Below, in pieces: positions 1 through 8,595 of a stretch of DNA of 64,000 nucleotides. The notes beneath the pieces are model-generated. The model was not told where the DNA came from and ran no database searches. It worked only from the letters and a program-made list of their open reading frames with translations. How positions within the stretch are numbered: the stretch's first letter is position 1; every line of letters begins with the position of its first letter. The translations under genes and the position numbers were made by a program. The DNA lies in contig JAGVZG010000003.1 in assembly GCA_018302765.1 (NCBI GenBank), positions 35,969 to 99,968 on the forward strand, read 5' to 3'. This DNA is from Candidatus Woesearchaeota archaeon (GTDB lineage Archaea; Nanobdellota; Nanobdellia; SCGC-AAA011-G17; GW2011-AR18).

Positions 1-8
1 TAATAGCC

Positions 9-935
9 ATGCTGATAATCAGAAAAACAGCATACAAAGCTATTAAAAAAATAAAAGCTATAAATATGGATTTAAAAATAATAAAATTCTCATGGCCATT
101 ATTATTCACAGGTCTAGTATTCTCAATTACAGGATGGATAGACACATTGATGATAGCTTATTTTTCAACAGAAGAATTAGTTGGTCTGTACAATACAGCA
201 CTTCCAACTGCAGGCATAATTCTTATTACTCAAAGTTCATTTGACGGAGTATTTATTCCCATTATGTCAAGGTTATTTTCAAAAAAAGACTACAAAAACA
301 TAAAAGAAAATTACGAAAGAGTAACAAAGTGGATAACAATACTGACAATACCTTTATTCATGTCTATAATATTTTTCTCTAAGGGAATTATAAATATATT
401 ATTTGGAACGCCGTATCTAGAAGCATATAAGCCTACAATAATTCTTGCTGTGGGTTTTCTAATGGTTATGATTGTAGGTCCATGTGAAAATATGTTAAAT
501 GTAACTTTCAAAACAAAACTAAAAATGTATCTAAGAATAATAATGTTAATTATAAATATAATATTAAATCTTATACTAATCCCAAGATATGGAATAAGCG
601 GAGCTGCAATATCAACATCAGTAGCACTAACATTTTATAATATATGCTGTTTTATATATGTAAAAAATAAATTCAATGTTAATATTATAAAACTAAAAAC
701 AATTTCAATTATATTGGCCAGTGCATTATTGCCATTATTATTAAGTATTTTATACAACCCATTAAATAAGCTTGTAACAATGTCATTCATAATATTATCT
801 TTAATCTATTCAACAATAATAATCATACTAATGAAATACCTAAATAAAGAAGATATAATTATTATTTACGATATAGAAAAAAAATTAAACATAAAACACA
901 CAATAAGTTCAATATTAACAAAATACTCAAAGTAA
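9..935 (+). CDS. Wzx/MATE-like oligosaccharide flippase, C-terminal part (probably 5'-truncated by the window edge)
   Basis: Multi-TM protein with motifs typical of polysaccharide flippases (DTLMIAYF...GLYNTA; LNLILIPRYGISGAAIST); frame is open to the window edge. Confidence 0.8.
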   Translation: MLIIRKTAYKAIKKIKAINMDLKIIKFSWPLLFTGLVFSITGWIDTLMIAYFSTEELVGLYNTALPTAGIILITQSSFDGVFIPIMSRLFSKKDYKNIKENYERVTKWITILTIPLFMSIIFFSKGIINILFGTPYLEAYKPTIILAVGFLMVMIVGPCENMLNVTFKTKLKMYLRIIMLIINIILNLILIPRYGISGAAISTSVALTFYNICCFIYVKNKFNVNIIKLKTISIILASALLPLLLSILYNPLNKLVTMSFIILSLIYSTIIIILMKYLNKEDIIIIYDIEKKLNIKHTISSILTKYSK

Positions 936-938
936 TAA

Positions 939-1688
939 TCACTTAATCTTAGCAACAGCAATCCACTCATAAGGCTGCGAAGATGGTACAAGTTCTATTA
1001 ATCTAAGCAGTAAATATAAAGTATAAGTAAGTATTTTTATCTTGGAAAACTTAGAGATGAATTCCTGAACCTTAAAGTGGTTTATATTATTAACTAAACT
1101 AACAACAGTAAATTCATTATCTTCTAACTCTTTAATTATAGTTTTTTTAGTCCAGAATTCATCATAAACAGGCGAAGGATAATGTTTAGTATGCCACTTA
1201 TAAATAAACCCATTAGGAACGTCAAATATCAAATAACTATTTCTTGACATTAATTTCTTTATGCTTTTATAAAGAATTCTCCTTTTACTTATATCAAAGT
1301 GCCTAATAAATTTAAAGCTATAAACAAGATCAAATTTCTTGCCAATATTCATCTTAAAAACATCTACAACTTTCAAATTAAATCTGCCATTTAAATTAAC
1401 ATTAGCTATTTTCAACATTGCCTTGCTATTATCAACTGCTAATCCATACTTAAAACCATAAACATCTTTAGAAATCCTACCAGGACCTGTAGCAACATCT
1501 ATAACGCTGCTTATTTTTTTATCTCTAATGAATTTATTAATAAATGATATCTGATTGTGATGTATTAATCTCCCTAATGGCCTATTAAACCTGCTATTTA
1601 TATAGTCCTTAGCTAACTTCTCATTTTCATAGTACTTCTTTATTTCATTTACTGTTTTTTTCATCTTTAAATCCGAAAAATAATTCAT
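939..1688 (-). CDS. Class I SAM-dependent methyltransferase (likely start ATG at 1664)
   Basis: VIDVATGPGR motif I, AVDNSKAML, FDLVYS. Confidence 0.8.
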   Translation of the reverse strand: MNYFSDLKMKKTVNEIKKYYENEKLAKDYINSRFNRPLGRLIHHNQISFINKFIRDKKISSVIDVATGPGRISKDVYGFKYGLAVDNSKAMLKIANVNLNGRFNLKVVDVFKMNIGKKFDLVYSFKFIRHFDISKRRILYKSIKKLMSRNSYLIFDVPNGFIYKWHTKHYPSPVYDEFWTKKTIIKELEDNEFTVVSLVNNINHFKVQEFISKFSKIKILTYTLYLLLRLIELVPSSQPYEWIAVAKIK

Positions 1689-2358
1689 AAAGAACTTTTA
1701 AACCCCAAAGAAGATTAAAACCAATAAAGTAATACAATAAAAAATACTTCATAAAACCAGATAAAACAAATGAATCAATTATAGCAAATAAGAAAAAAAC
1801 ATTATGAAAATAAGGAATTAAAAACAAATTTTTATATGATCTAACTAATTTTTTCTTAAATGGAATTTTTGCAACATCTTTTCTAAAAGCCTTTTCAGGA
1901 TGGATTTTTACATCTTCTAATCTAACTAACTCCACCATAGAATAGCCAAAAATAGAAAAAACCCCAAAGAACAAAAATAATTTTGATTCTGTAGTCAAGA
2001 ATATGCTAAAAGTTAATGCAGATAAAGGTAATAAGTAAGATAACCAAGTAGAAATCCAATCAAAAAATTCTCCCCATTTAAGAGACTTTGTCTTATTATA
2101 TCTTGCAATCTCGCCATCCACATAATCCAATATTGCAGCTAATCCAAACAAAAATCCTCCTAACAAATAATTATTAAAAAAAATCAAAACAGAAGAAACA
2201 ATAACCAAGGAAGCCCAGAAAGCAGAAACTTGGTTTGCAGTTATTGGAGTATGAACCAAGACCCAGCTTATATAAGGTGAAATATATCTATAACCCATCC
2301 AGCTGACAGTAGGGGGTTGAACAATATTTTTATATTGCTTAAAACTTACCATAAACAA
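1645..2358 (-). CDS. CDP-alcohol phosphatidyl/phosphotransferase family membrane protein (likely start 2352)
   Basis: Family signature LDYVDGEIAR...GEFFD; ITANQVS. Confidence 0.85.
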   Translation of the reverse strand: MFMVSFKQYKNIVQPPTVSWMGYRYISPYISWVLVHTPITANQVSAFWASLVIVSSVLIFFNNYLLGGFLFGLAAILDYVDGEIARYNKTKSLKWGEFFDWISTWLSYLLPLSALTFSIFLTTESKLFLFFGVFSIFGYSMVELVRLEDVKIHPEKAFRKDVAKIPFKKKLVRSYKNLFLIPYFHNVFFLFAIIDSFVLSGFMKYFLLYYFIGFNLLWGLKVLYELFFGFKDEKNSK

Positions 2359-2371
2359 AACACAGTAAATA

Positions 2372-2393
2372 GTCTTTTAAAACTTATGAATTT
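2372..2393 (-). promoter_or_regulatory. TATA box with conserved upstream TTCATAA element
   Basis: Minus strand AAATTCATAAGTTTTAAAAGAC about 20 nt before ATG 2352; near-identical copies at 12541-12562 (+), 17153-17175 (-), 32249-32270 (-), 35436-35454 (+). Confidence 0.55.
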
Positions 2394-2411
2394 ACAAACT
2401 CAAAATATTAT

Positions 2412-3557
2412 TTAATAGATTTTCCTTAGCATAACTTCCAAAGCATCACGAGTAAGAACACGCGGATTATTTATAACTCTTTCAGGATTAAATCCTTCAT
2501 TTAATACAATATCAACGCCACTTTCAGTTACACCTAATTTTGATAATCTTCTTTCTAAACCTATTAAATCTAATAGACACTCAAGCTTATGTTTAACATA
2601 TAAACAATCTGTTGTATCAAACATTAAACAAAGTTCACCCATTGTATCTAAAACATAACTTATTCCTCTTTTGTCTTGAACTGTATCTTCTTCTACTGCC
2701 CCATTATAATCAAATATAGAAGGAAGAGTTAAAGCAACTGCATGACCATGCTGCACACCAAAATGTGCACTTATTGGATAAGAAACTGAATGAGGCGCAG
2801 TTGTTCTTGCTATATTTATTGCTTTCCCAGCAAGATTACTACCACAAGTCATAACTTCTCTGTGTTTGGCATATGGATTATTTACAACTTCATATAAAAC
2901 AGGCAAAATTGAAGTAATTGCATCACTGCTATATCTCTTAGATTCGTCAGTTGATCTCACTGACCAAAAAGCTTCAATAGCCTGAGCCAGAGCATCTATG
3001 CCTGTACAAGCAGTAATATAAGGATTTAAGCTTGAAGTAAGGCCTGGATCAATAATTGCAAATTCAGGAAAAACAATTTTATTATCTAATGAATACTTTT
3101 GCTTTTCCATATAAATAACAGCAAATTGTGTTGCTTCACTTCCAGTGCCTGCTGTAGTTGGTATAAGAATTTTAGGCAAACTTTTTCCTATTAGAGGAAT
3201 TTTTTTTGTGATTAAACTTTTATAATCATCAATTAATTGTGTAGATAAAACAGCAATGCATTTTGCAGTGTCTAAAACATTTCCACCTCCAATTCCAACA
3301 ACAACATCAGCTCCACTGCTGCGTGCAATAGAAACACCTTCTGCTATAGTACCAATATTAGGCAACGAAGAAGAAACAATAAAACGATTAACGTTATAAG
3401 GCGAAAGTAAAACATCAACAATTGGTTTAGCCCCACTAGCAACATAAGAAGTACTGCCTACAACAAGCATAACGTTTCTGCTGCCAAGAATATTTAAAGC
3501 TTTACTTAACTCTCGTACTTTCCCCCAGCCTTGATATTCAACAATTCCCAATTTCAT
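2412..3557 (-). CDS. Iron-containing alcohol dehydrogenase, probable phosphonoacetaldehyde reductase (PhpC-like)
   Basis: GIGGGNVLDTAK, IPTTAGTGSEAT, DALAQAIE, H...HG metal ligands; 4-nt overlap with ppd. Confidence 0.8.
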   Translation of the reverse strand: MKLGIVEYQGWGKVRELSKALNILGSRNVMLVVGSTSYVASGAKPIVDVLLSPYNVNRFIVSSSLPNIGTIAEGVSIARSSGADVVVGIGGGNVLDTAKCIAVLSTQLIDDYKSLITKKIPLIGKSLPKILIPTTAGTGSEATQFAVIYMEKQKYSLDNKIVFPEFAIIDPGLTSSLNPYITACTGIDALAQAIEAFWSVRSTDESKRYSSDAITSILPVLYEVVNNPYAKHREVMTCGSNLAGKAINIARTTAPHSVSYPISAHFGVQHGHAVALTLPSIFDYNGAVEEDTVQDKRGISYVLDTMGELCLMFDTTDCLYVKHKLECLLDLIGLERRLSKLGVTESGVDIVLNEGFNPERVINNPRVLTRDALEVMLRKIY

Positions 3558-4696
3558 CTCCTAAGAAAATCGCAGAAACGTTCTGTCAATTGATGAGGTG
3601 AAATTTTTTCTGTTATGCGGGACGCTTTAGGAATTTCAGAAGAAGAAACTTTTACATGTATAAAATTTGGGCCATCATTAATAAGAGATGTTTTAACAAG
3701 CTCAGATAATTTGCTAGCTGTCGTACAAAAAGCGCTGTTTCTGTAATCACAATTGAAAGCAACTTCTGAAAAATCAACAGTGCCTGACGTTGTTGGCTGA
3801 CCTCCTGTTGATTCATAAGATTCATTATCAATTACAATATGAACAAGATTTTTTGGTCTGTAGTGTCCTATTGAAGACATTACACCCATATGCATAAGCA
3901 AAGCTCCATCTCCATCAATAACAACAACTTTTTTATCTGTCGAACATGCTACGCCCAAACCTATTCCTGCTGCATGGCCCATTGATCCCTGCATATAAAA
4001 ATGAGAAGTTCTGTCCTGTATTGCAAAAAGCTCACGTGAACTAGTTCCAGTAGTTGAAATAACTACAACATCTTGATTAACAGAACCAACAATAGTACAT
4101 AGAGCTGTAGTTCTGCTCATTCTAAGCTTATATTCATTTTCAATAAATATATTCTTCCACTTATAATGAGGAATGTTAAAATGTCTAAAGGAATTTTCAT
4201 CATGTTCTAATACATCTTTTTTCACAACCAAAGCTACTAACTTTCTATTTTCAATAGACTCAGAATGAGCACGTTTAACACAGCCATAAGCATCAGTGTC
4301 ATTCTTAGGAAGATCATATGCAGAAATAGAAAGACTTTCAAGTATTTTACGCATTGCTTTTCCAATAATTTTATGTTGTGGTTCATCCTCTATACCATAA
4401 GCTCTTCCACTAATAAAAAACAACATTGGTATTCCAAAAGGTATGCACAATGAAGACAAAGGATTTATTGCATTTCCTAATCCAGAATTCTGCATTATAA
4501 CTACAACATTTTTTCCACCCAAATAAGCTCCTGCTGCAAAGCTTACAGCAAGTCCTTCATTAGGAGCAACAAAATAAAAAGATGTTTCATCTCTAGAAAT
4601 ATTATTTAATAATGAAATAAAGTAAGAACAAGGAACTCCAGAAAAAAAACTATAACCTTTCTCTTTTAATAATTTATATAAATCAATAGATTTCAT
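3554..4696 (-). CDS. ppd: Phosphonopyruvate decarboxylase (single-chain, TPP-dependent)
   Basis: FFSGVPCSY, NEGLAV, MQNSGLGNAINPL, EDEPQH, MQGSMGHA, DGDGALLMHMG, DNESYESTGGQPT; phosphonate cluster context. Confidence 0.9.
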   Translation of the reverse strand: MKSIDLYKLLKEKGYSFFSGVPCSYFISLLNNISRDETSFYFVAPNEGLAVSFAAGAYLGGKNVVVIMQNSGLGNAINPLSSLCIPFGIPMLFFISGRAYGIEDEPQHKIIGKAMRKILESLSISAYDLPKNDTDAYGCVKRAHSESIENRKLVALVVKKDVLEHDENSFRHFNIPHYKWKNIFIENEYKLRMSRTTALCTIVGSVNQDVVVISTTGTSSRELFAIQDRTSHFYMQGSMGHAAGIGLGVACSTDKKVVVIDGDGALLMHMGVMSSIGHYRPKNLVHIVIDNESYESTGGQPTTSGTVDFSEVAFNCDYRNSAFCTTASKLSELVKTSLINDGPNFIHVKVSSSEIPKASRITEKISPHQLTERFCDFLRR

Positions 4697-4697
4697 A

Positions 4698-6050
4698 CTA
4701 ATGCTTTCCTTCCTTATTGTACCAAGGAACTAATTCACCACAAACTCTTTCTAATCCACTTCTATCTAAAAGAGATAACTCATGCTGGGTATCTCCTGAT
4801 AAACGTCCGCCTATGCGCATAACTAATAATCTCCCAATTCCATTATCTGAAATAAAACGATGTTTCACACAAGGCTTCATATAAACAGAATCTCTAGGAT
4901 AAATATACTCATACTCCACTTGTCGATCATAACTAGATTCCCAACTAAGACCAACACGACTTTCACCAATATTGTAAATATATTGATGTCCTAAAGTTTT
5001 TAAGCTTGAAGTCTCACCTGGACGTACAGTAACTTCTAATCCTTTAGAATAAGGTAACTTAGGAGTAGAAGCAAGCTCAACAAAAGTATAAAGTCCACTT
5101 TCATCTGGATAATTCCATCTTCTAGCTTGCTCATAAGATAAATTAATCACAGGATCAGAACTTACTACAGGCATTAAATCTCTAACGCTAACACCTAAAA
5201 CTTTAGCAACAGATCTTAATTCATCTACAGTAGGAATAATATCTCTGCCATCTTCAATAGATTGCATATACTTTAAAGATAAACCAACTTTTTTAGCAAG
5301 TATGTCAAGAGGCATAGATAATTGTTCACGGAAAAACCTAATTAAAGATCCAGAAGCTCCTCCATCAGAATAATTAATTAAAAAATCAGAAGCAGAATTC
5401 AAACCTAAAACTGCTAATTCCTGCTGGGCATCACCCATTAACCTAACACCATAAGTCAAAGCAAGAATAACGCCAAGTTCTCTAGCTTCATTTTTACGAG
5501 TTGCAAAAGTATGGGGAATATAAGGTGTAATATACATTGAATCTCCTGTATTTGTCTGTACACAAAAACGTTTTCCTCCATGTTCATAATAAAAGTTAAC
5601 AGGTCCAATGAAGTATGTAAATTGATGTAAAAAATGCCCATTATTCCAGCACAGTTCTTCTGAATTAGGGTCATTATTATCAACAACTAGAAGTTCTTTT
5701 ATCCACTCTGGTCTAAAAAGAGAAGTCCTGCTCATTGCAGTGTCTCTGTATTCATAATAAGGTCTGCCTCCACGATCAAGAACACGAGAAGATCTTTCGC
5801 TTTGTTCATTAGTCATTATTAACGCACCACTACGAGCATCATCTTCAAAAACATAAAAATCCCTTATATTAACTGGCCAAATCTGAGATGCTTTAACAAT
5901 AAGTTCATGCGGTATTTCTTCTCTACCGTCAATATATCTCTGCAAAAGAGAAGTATCAATTCCTAATTCACATGCAGCAGTACTAAAATCACGTTTAAGG
6001 TCATTTAAAATGCCAAAAAAATTACGTCCCATTAATTTATTACTTAACAT
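4698..6050 (-). CDS. mpnS: Methylphosphonate synthase-like mononuclear Fe oxygenase (MpnS / class III HEPD family)
   Basis: Extensive recalled similarity to Nitrosopumilus MpnS: NFFGILNDLKR, WPVNIRDF, YYEYRDTAMS, WNNGHFLHQFTYFIGPVNFYY, NTGDSMYITPYIPHTF, MRIGGRLSGD. Start set at ATG 6050 with GGAGG SD; the ORF track extends it to 6119. Confidence 0.85.
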   Translation of the reverse strand: MLSNKLMGRNFFGILNDLKRDFSTAACELGIDTSLLQRYIDGREEIPHELIVKASQIWPVNIRDFYVFEDDARSGALIMTNEQSERSSRVLDRGGRPYYEYRDTAMSRTSLFRPEWIKELLVVDNNDPNSEELCWNNGHFLHQFTYFIGPVNFYYEHGGKRFCVQTNTGDSMYITPYIPHTFATRKNEARELGVILALTYGVRLMGDAQQELAVLGLNSASDFLINYSDGGASGSLIRFFREQLSMPLDILAKKVGLSLKYMQSIEDGRDIIPTVDELRSVAKVLGVSVRDLMPVVSSDPVINLSYEQARRWNYPDESGLYTFVELASTPKLPYSKGLEVTVRPGETSSLKTLGHQYIYNIGESRVGLSWESSYDRQVEYEYIYPRDSVYMKPCVKHRFISDNGIGRLLVMRIGGRLSGDTQHELSLLDRSGLERVCGELVPWYNKEGKH

Positions 6051-7782
6051 TCCCAACTCCTCCAAATTCAGCAACAGCAGCACAATAATTATCTGGAGAA
6101 TGTAATTCTCTCCATCCATGATTCACTTCAACACTTTTAACATTATAACCACGATCTATTATCTCTTGAATTACATCTGTCAAAGAAGCCTTGTAAATTG
6201 ATTCAGCTTCATGAAAATATCCGTCTATATACTTTCCCAAACAATCATGATAAACTTGCATTAAAGACTCTGCACCTCTTCTAGATAAATAAGTAATGCC
6301 TATAAACTCAGCACTCGCCTGTTCACAAGGAATTGATTTGCCTATTCTTAAAACACGATTTTCTGGTCTACGCAACTGTCTCAAACCTGAATTATTTGTA
6401 ACAACCAAATCTAACTTCGATTTATAGTCTGGCTCACGCAGACGATAAGAATTATCAGTAACAATAATAATATCACTATCTTGCCTTGAAGACAAAACTT
6501 TTTTAATAATTTCATCTGTAAATAAAATATCAGAGTAAACTATTAACAATTCATTATTAAATTCCTTTTCAGCACGTGCAAGTGTAGCCATTATTCCTTG
6601 ATCTTGCATACTTGCATCACAAAAACGAACACCTTGAACATAAAGTTTCTCTTCATGCTGGCCACGAATTACAACGCAATCGCTAATGCCAACATTCTTT
6701 AATGACTGAAGTTGATAATCAATAACTCTACCATCTCCAAATTGAAGAGAACTGCAAGGCTTATTAGAACACAAATCTCCTAAATTAGTATGCTTACCTG
6801 CTGCAGGAATTACTACTTTAACGCCATTTTCATAAGCCATTCCTCTGGTCTTTAAGTCATTAAATCCTACAACTTCAAAAATAGTTTTAACAGGAGTACA
6901 TAACCCATCTGCTTCTAAAGACCTTCCGTGCGCAAGAATAGATCTGGCAACGCCTTCCATACTTCTATGGGCAGCACGCAGCATATGGTTTGCATAAATT
7001 ACAACATTAAATCCTGCTTCTCTTAATTCATCTTCAGTAATAGAATTATAAGTAGTAGGAACACAAATAAGAGGTTTAAATACACCTAGCTCCCTACATA
7101 AAACATGATATTCTCTAGAAAAAGATAATACTTGGTCTGGCGTATTTTGATTAGAATGTATCATTACGCCATCAACACCTGCTTGAAGATAAATTCTAGC
7201 TCGTCCAACAGCGTCTTCTAAATCACGTCCTGCAATAAAACTTTCTATACGTGAAAAAATAAGTAAATCTTGACTTAGTCTATTATCAATACCCCTACGT
7301 AATTTAGCAGCAAAATCCTTAGGGTCTTCTAATACATGTGAAGAAGTTTTATCCAAACTATTACGTTTAGGCCAAACTTGATCCTCAACAATAACAGCAG
7401 AGACACCAAAATTAGTAAGACGCTGAAGCAAATAATCAAAATTATTAGAGTCTCCTCCAGTGTCCCCATCAACAATCAAAGGTTTGCGGGTTACATTTGT
7501 AATTTCAGCGACAGTTTCAATTCTGGAATCAAAACTCACTACTTGAACATCAGGCTGACCTTTTGCTGCTGAATCAGTAAAACTACTGACCCATATGCCA
7601 TCAAATTCTAATGCGCCATTAGAACCATCAATAATATCAACTGAAGCCTTTTCAGCCACTATTGCGCTTAAGCCATTATGTGCTTCTAAAACTCTTACAA
7701 ATCTACCATTATCAAACATAGCTCTAAGCAAACCTCTACGTTTCTCCGGAAGAATAACTTCTCTACTAGGCATTAGCATCAC
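6040..7782 (-). CDS. pepM: Phosphoenolpyruvate mutase fused to C-terminal nucleotidyltransferase (PntC/LicC-like)
   Basis: EAHNGLSA, DGIWVSS, VDGDTGG, EDQVWPKRNS, SRIES, MIHS, CVPTTY; C-terminal half VIPAAG...KP...YSDILF...EFIG...GWRE. Confidence 0.9.
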   Translation of the reverse strand: MMLMPSREVILPEKRRGLLRAMFDNGRFVRVLEAHNGLSAIVAEKASVDIIDGSNGALEFDGIWVSSFTDSAAKGQPDVQVVSFDSRIETVAEITNVTRKPLIVDGDTGGDSNNFDYLLQRLTNFGVSAVIVEDQVWPKRNSLDKTSSHVLEDPKDFAAKLRRGIDNRLSQDLLIFSRIESFIAGRDLEDAVGRARIYLQAGVDGVMIHSNQNTPDQVLSFSREYHVLCRELGVFKPLICVPTTYNSITEDELREAGFNVVIYANHMLRAAHRSMEGVARSILAHGRSLEADGLCTPVKTIFEVVGFNDLKTRGMAYENGVKVVIPAAGKHTNLGDLCSNKPCSSLQFGDGRVIDYQLQSLKNVGISDCVVIRGQHEEKLYVQGVRFCDASMQDQGIMATLARAEKEFNNELLIVYSDILFTDEIIKKVLSSRQDSDIIIVTDNSYRLREPDYKSKLDLVVTNNSGLRQLRRPENRVLRIGKSIPCEQASAEFIGITYLSRRGAESLMQVYHDCLGKYIDGYFHEAESIYKASLTDVIQEIIDRGYNVKSVEVNHGWRELHSPDNYCAAVAEFGGVGNVK

Positions 7783-7854
7783 TAAGTGATAAACAAAAAA
7801 GAGAACTTATAAAAAGTTTATGGTAACTAAAACCTGTATATTAAAGAATAATGT

Positions 7855-8595
7855 TTAATCATATTTTCCAAGAAAAGAATTAATTCTAATTCTAAACATA
7901 TCTCTCAAACCCTCAAATACAGTAGTTATTTTTACTCTTTCACTACCTACGTAATGCCACTTAACTGGAGCTCCAACAATTTTAAATCCCTTTTTCTTAG
8001 CTATGAATAAAGTTTCAATATCAAATCCAGGGTTTACAGCAGCTCTTTCAAGTTTGAAATCTTTCTTCCACCTTCGTAGCATTGAAGGAAATATGACCTT
8101 AATAGATTTTTTATTAAAAGCCTTAAACCCGCATTGTGTATCTTGGAAAGGTAAACCTAAAATAAGAACCCTTAAAACAACGTATCCATAAGCATACAAC
8201 TTTCTAATAAATGGTGCGCCTTTTCTACCTTTTCTTAAGCCTATAACCATATCATATCCTTTTTCAAAAATTGGAAAAAATTTTTCAACCTCGCTTATAG
8301 GCACAGCCTGATCCATATCAGTAAAAAGAGTTATGTCTCCACGGCTTGCAAGCAATCCAGTCATAACAGTTATTGCCTTACCACCATGTTCATTCTGTAT
8401 AAGTTTAAAATTCTTCTTATTAACAATATATTTTTTAACCAGAGAAATAGTGTTATCTTTAGACCCGTCATCAACTATTATCACTTCATAAGAATACCTC
8501 TTATTTTTAAAATAAGAAGCAACTTGTTCCAATACGTTTTTCCTTAAATTTTCTGCTTCATTATAAGCAGGTATTATCACTGACAGCTTTACCAT
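7855..8595 (-). CDS. GT2 polyprenyl/dolichyl-phosphate glycosyltransferase
   Basis: SVIIPAYNE, VDDGSKD, FTDMD, DTQCGFK, GFDIE. Confidence 0.9.
   Translation of the reverse strand: MVKLSVIIPAYNEAENLRKNVLEQVASYFKNKRYSYEVIIVDDGSKDNTISLVKKYIVNKKNFKLIQNEHGGKAITVMTGLLASRGDITLFTDMDQAVPISEVEKFFPIFEKGYDMVIGLRKGRKGAPFIRKLYAYGYVVLRVLILGLPFQDTQCGFKAFNKKSIKVIFPSMLRRWKKDFKLERAAVNPGFDIETLFIAKKKGFKIVGAPVKWHYVGSERVKITTVFEGLRDMFRIRINSFLGKYD

Noticed and set aside
6051-6119. N-terminal extension of the mpnS ORF given by the track (start 6119)
   Set aside because: It lies inside the pepM coding region; ATG 6050 has a GGAGG SD and matches the expected family start
6040-7782. Isocitrate/methylisocitrate lyase or phosphonopyruvate hydrolase call because of EDQ
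   Set aside because: No KRCGH lyase motif; the NS loop is retained and the gene is coupled to ppd and mpnS, which supports PepM
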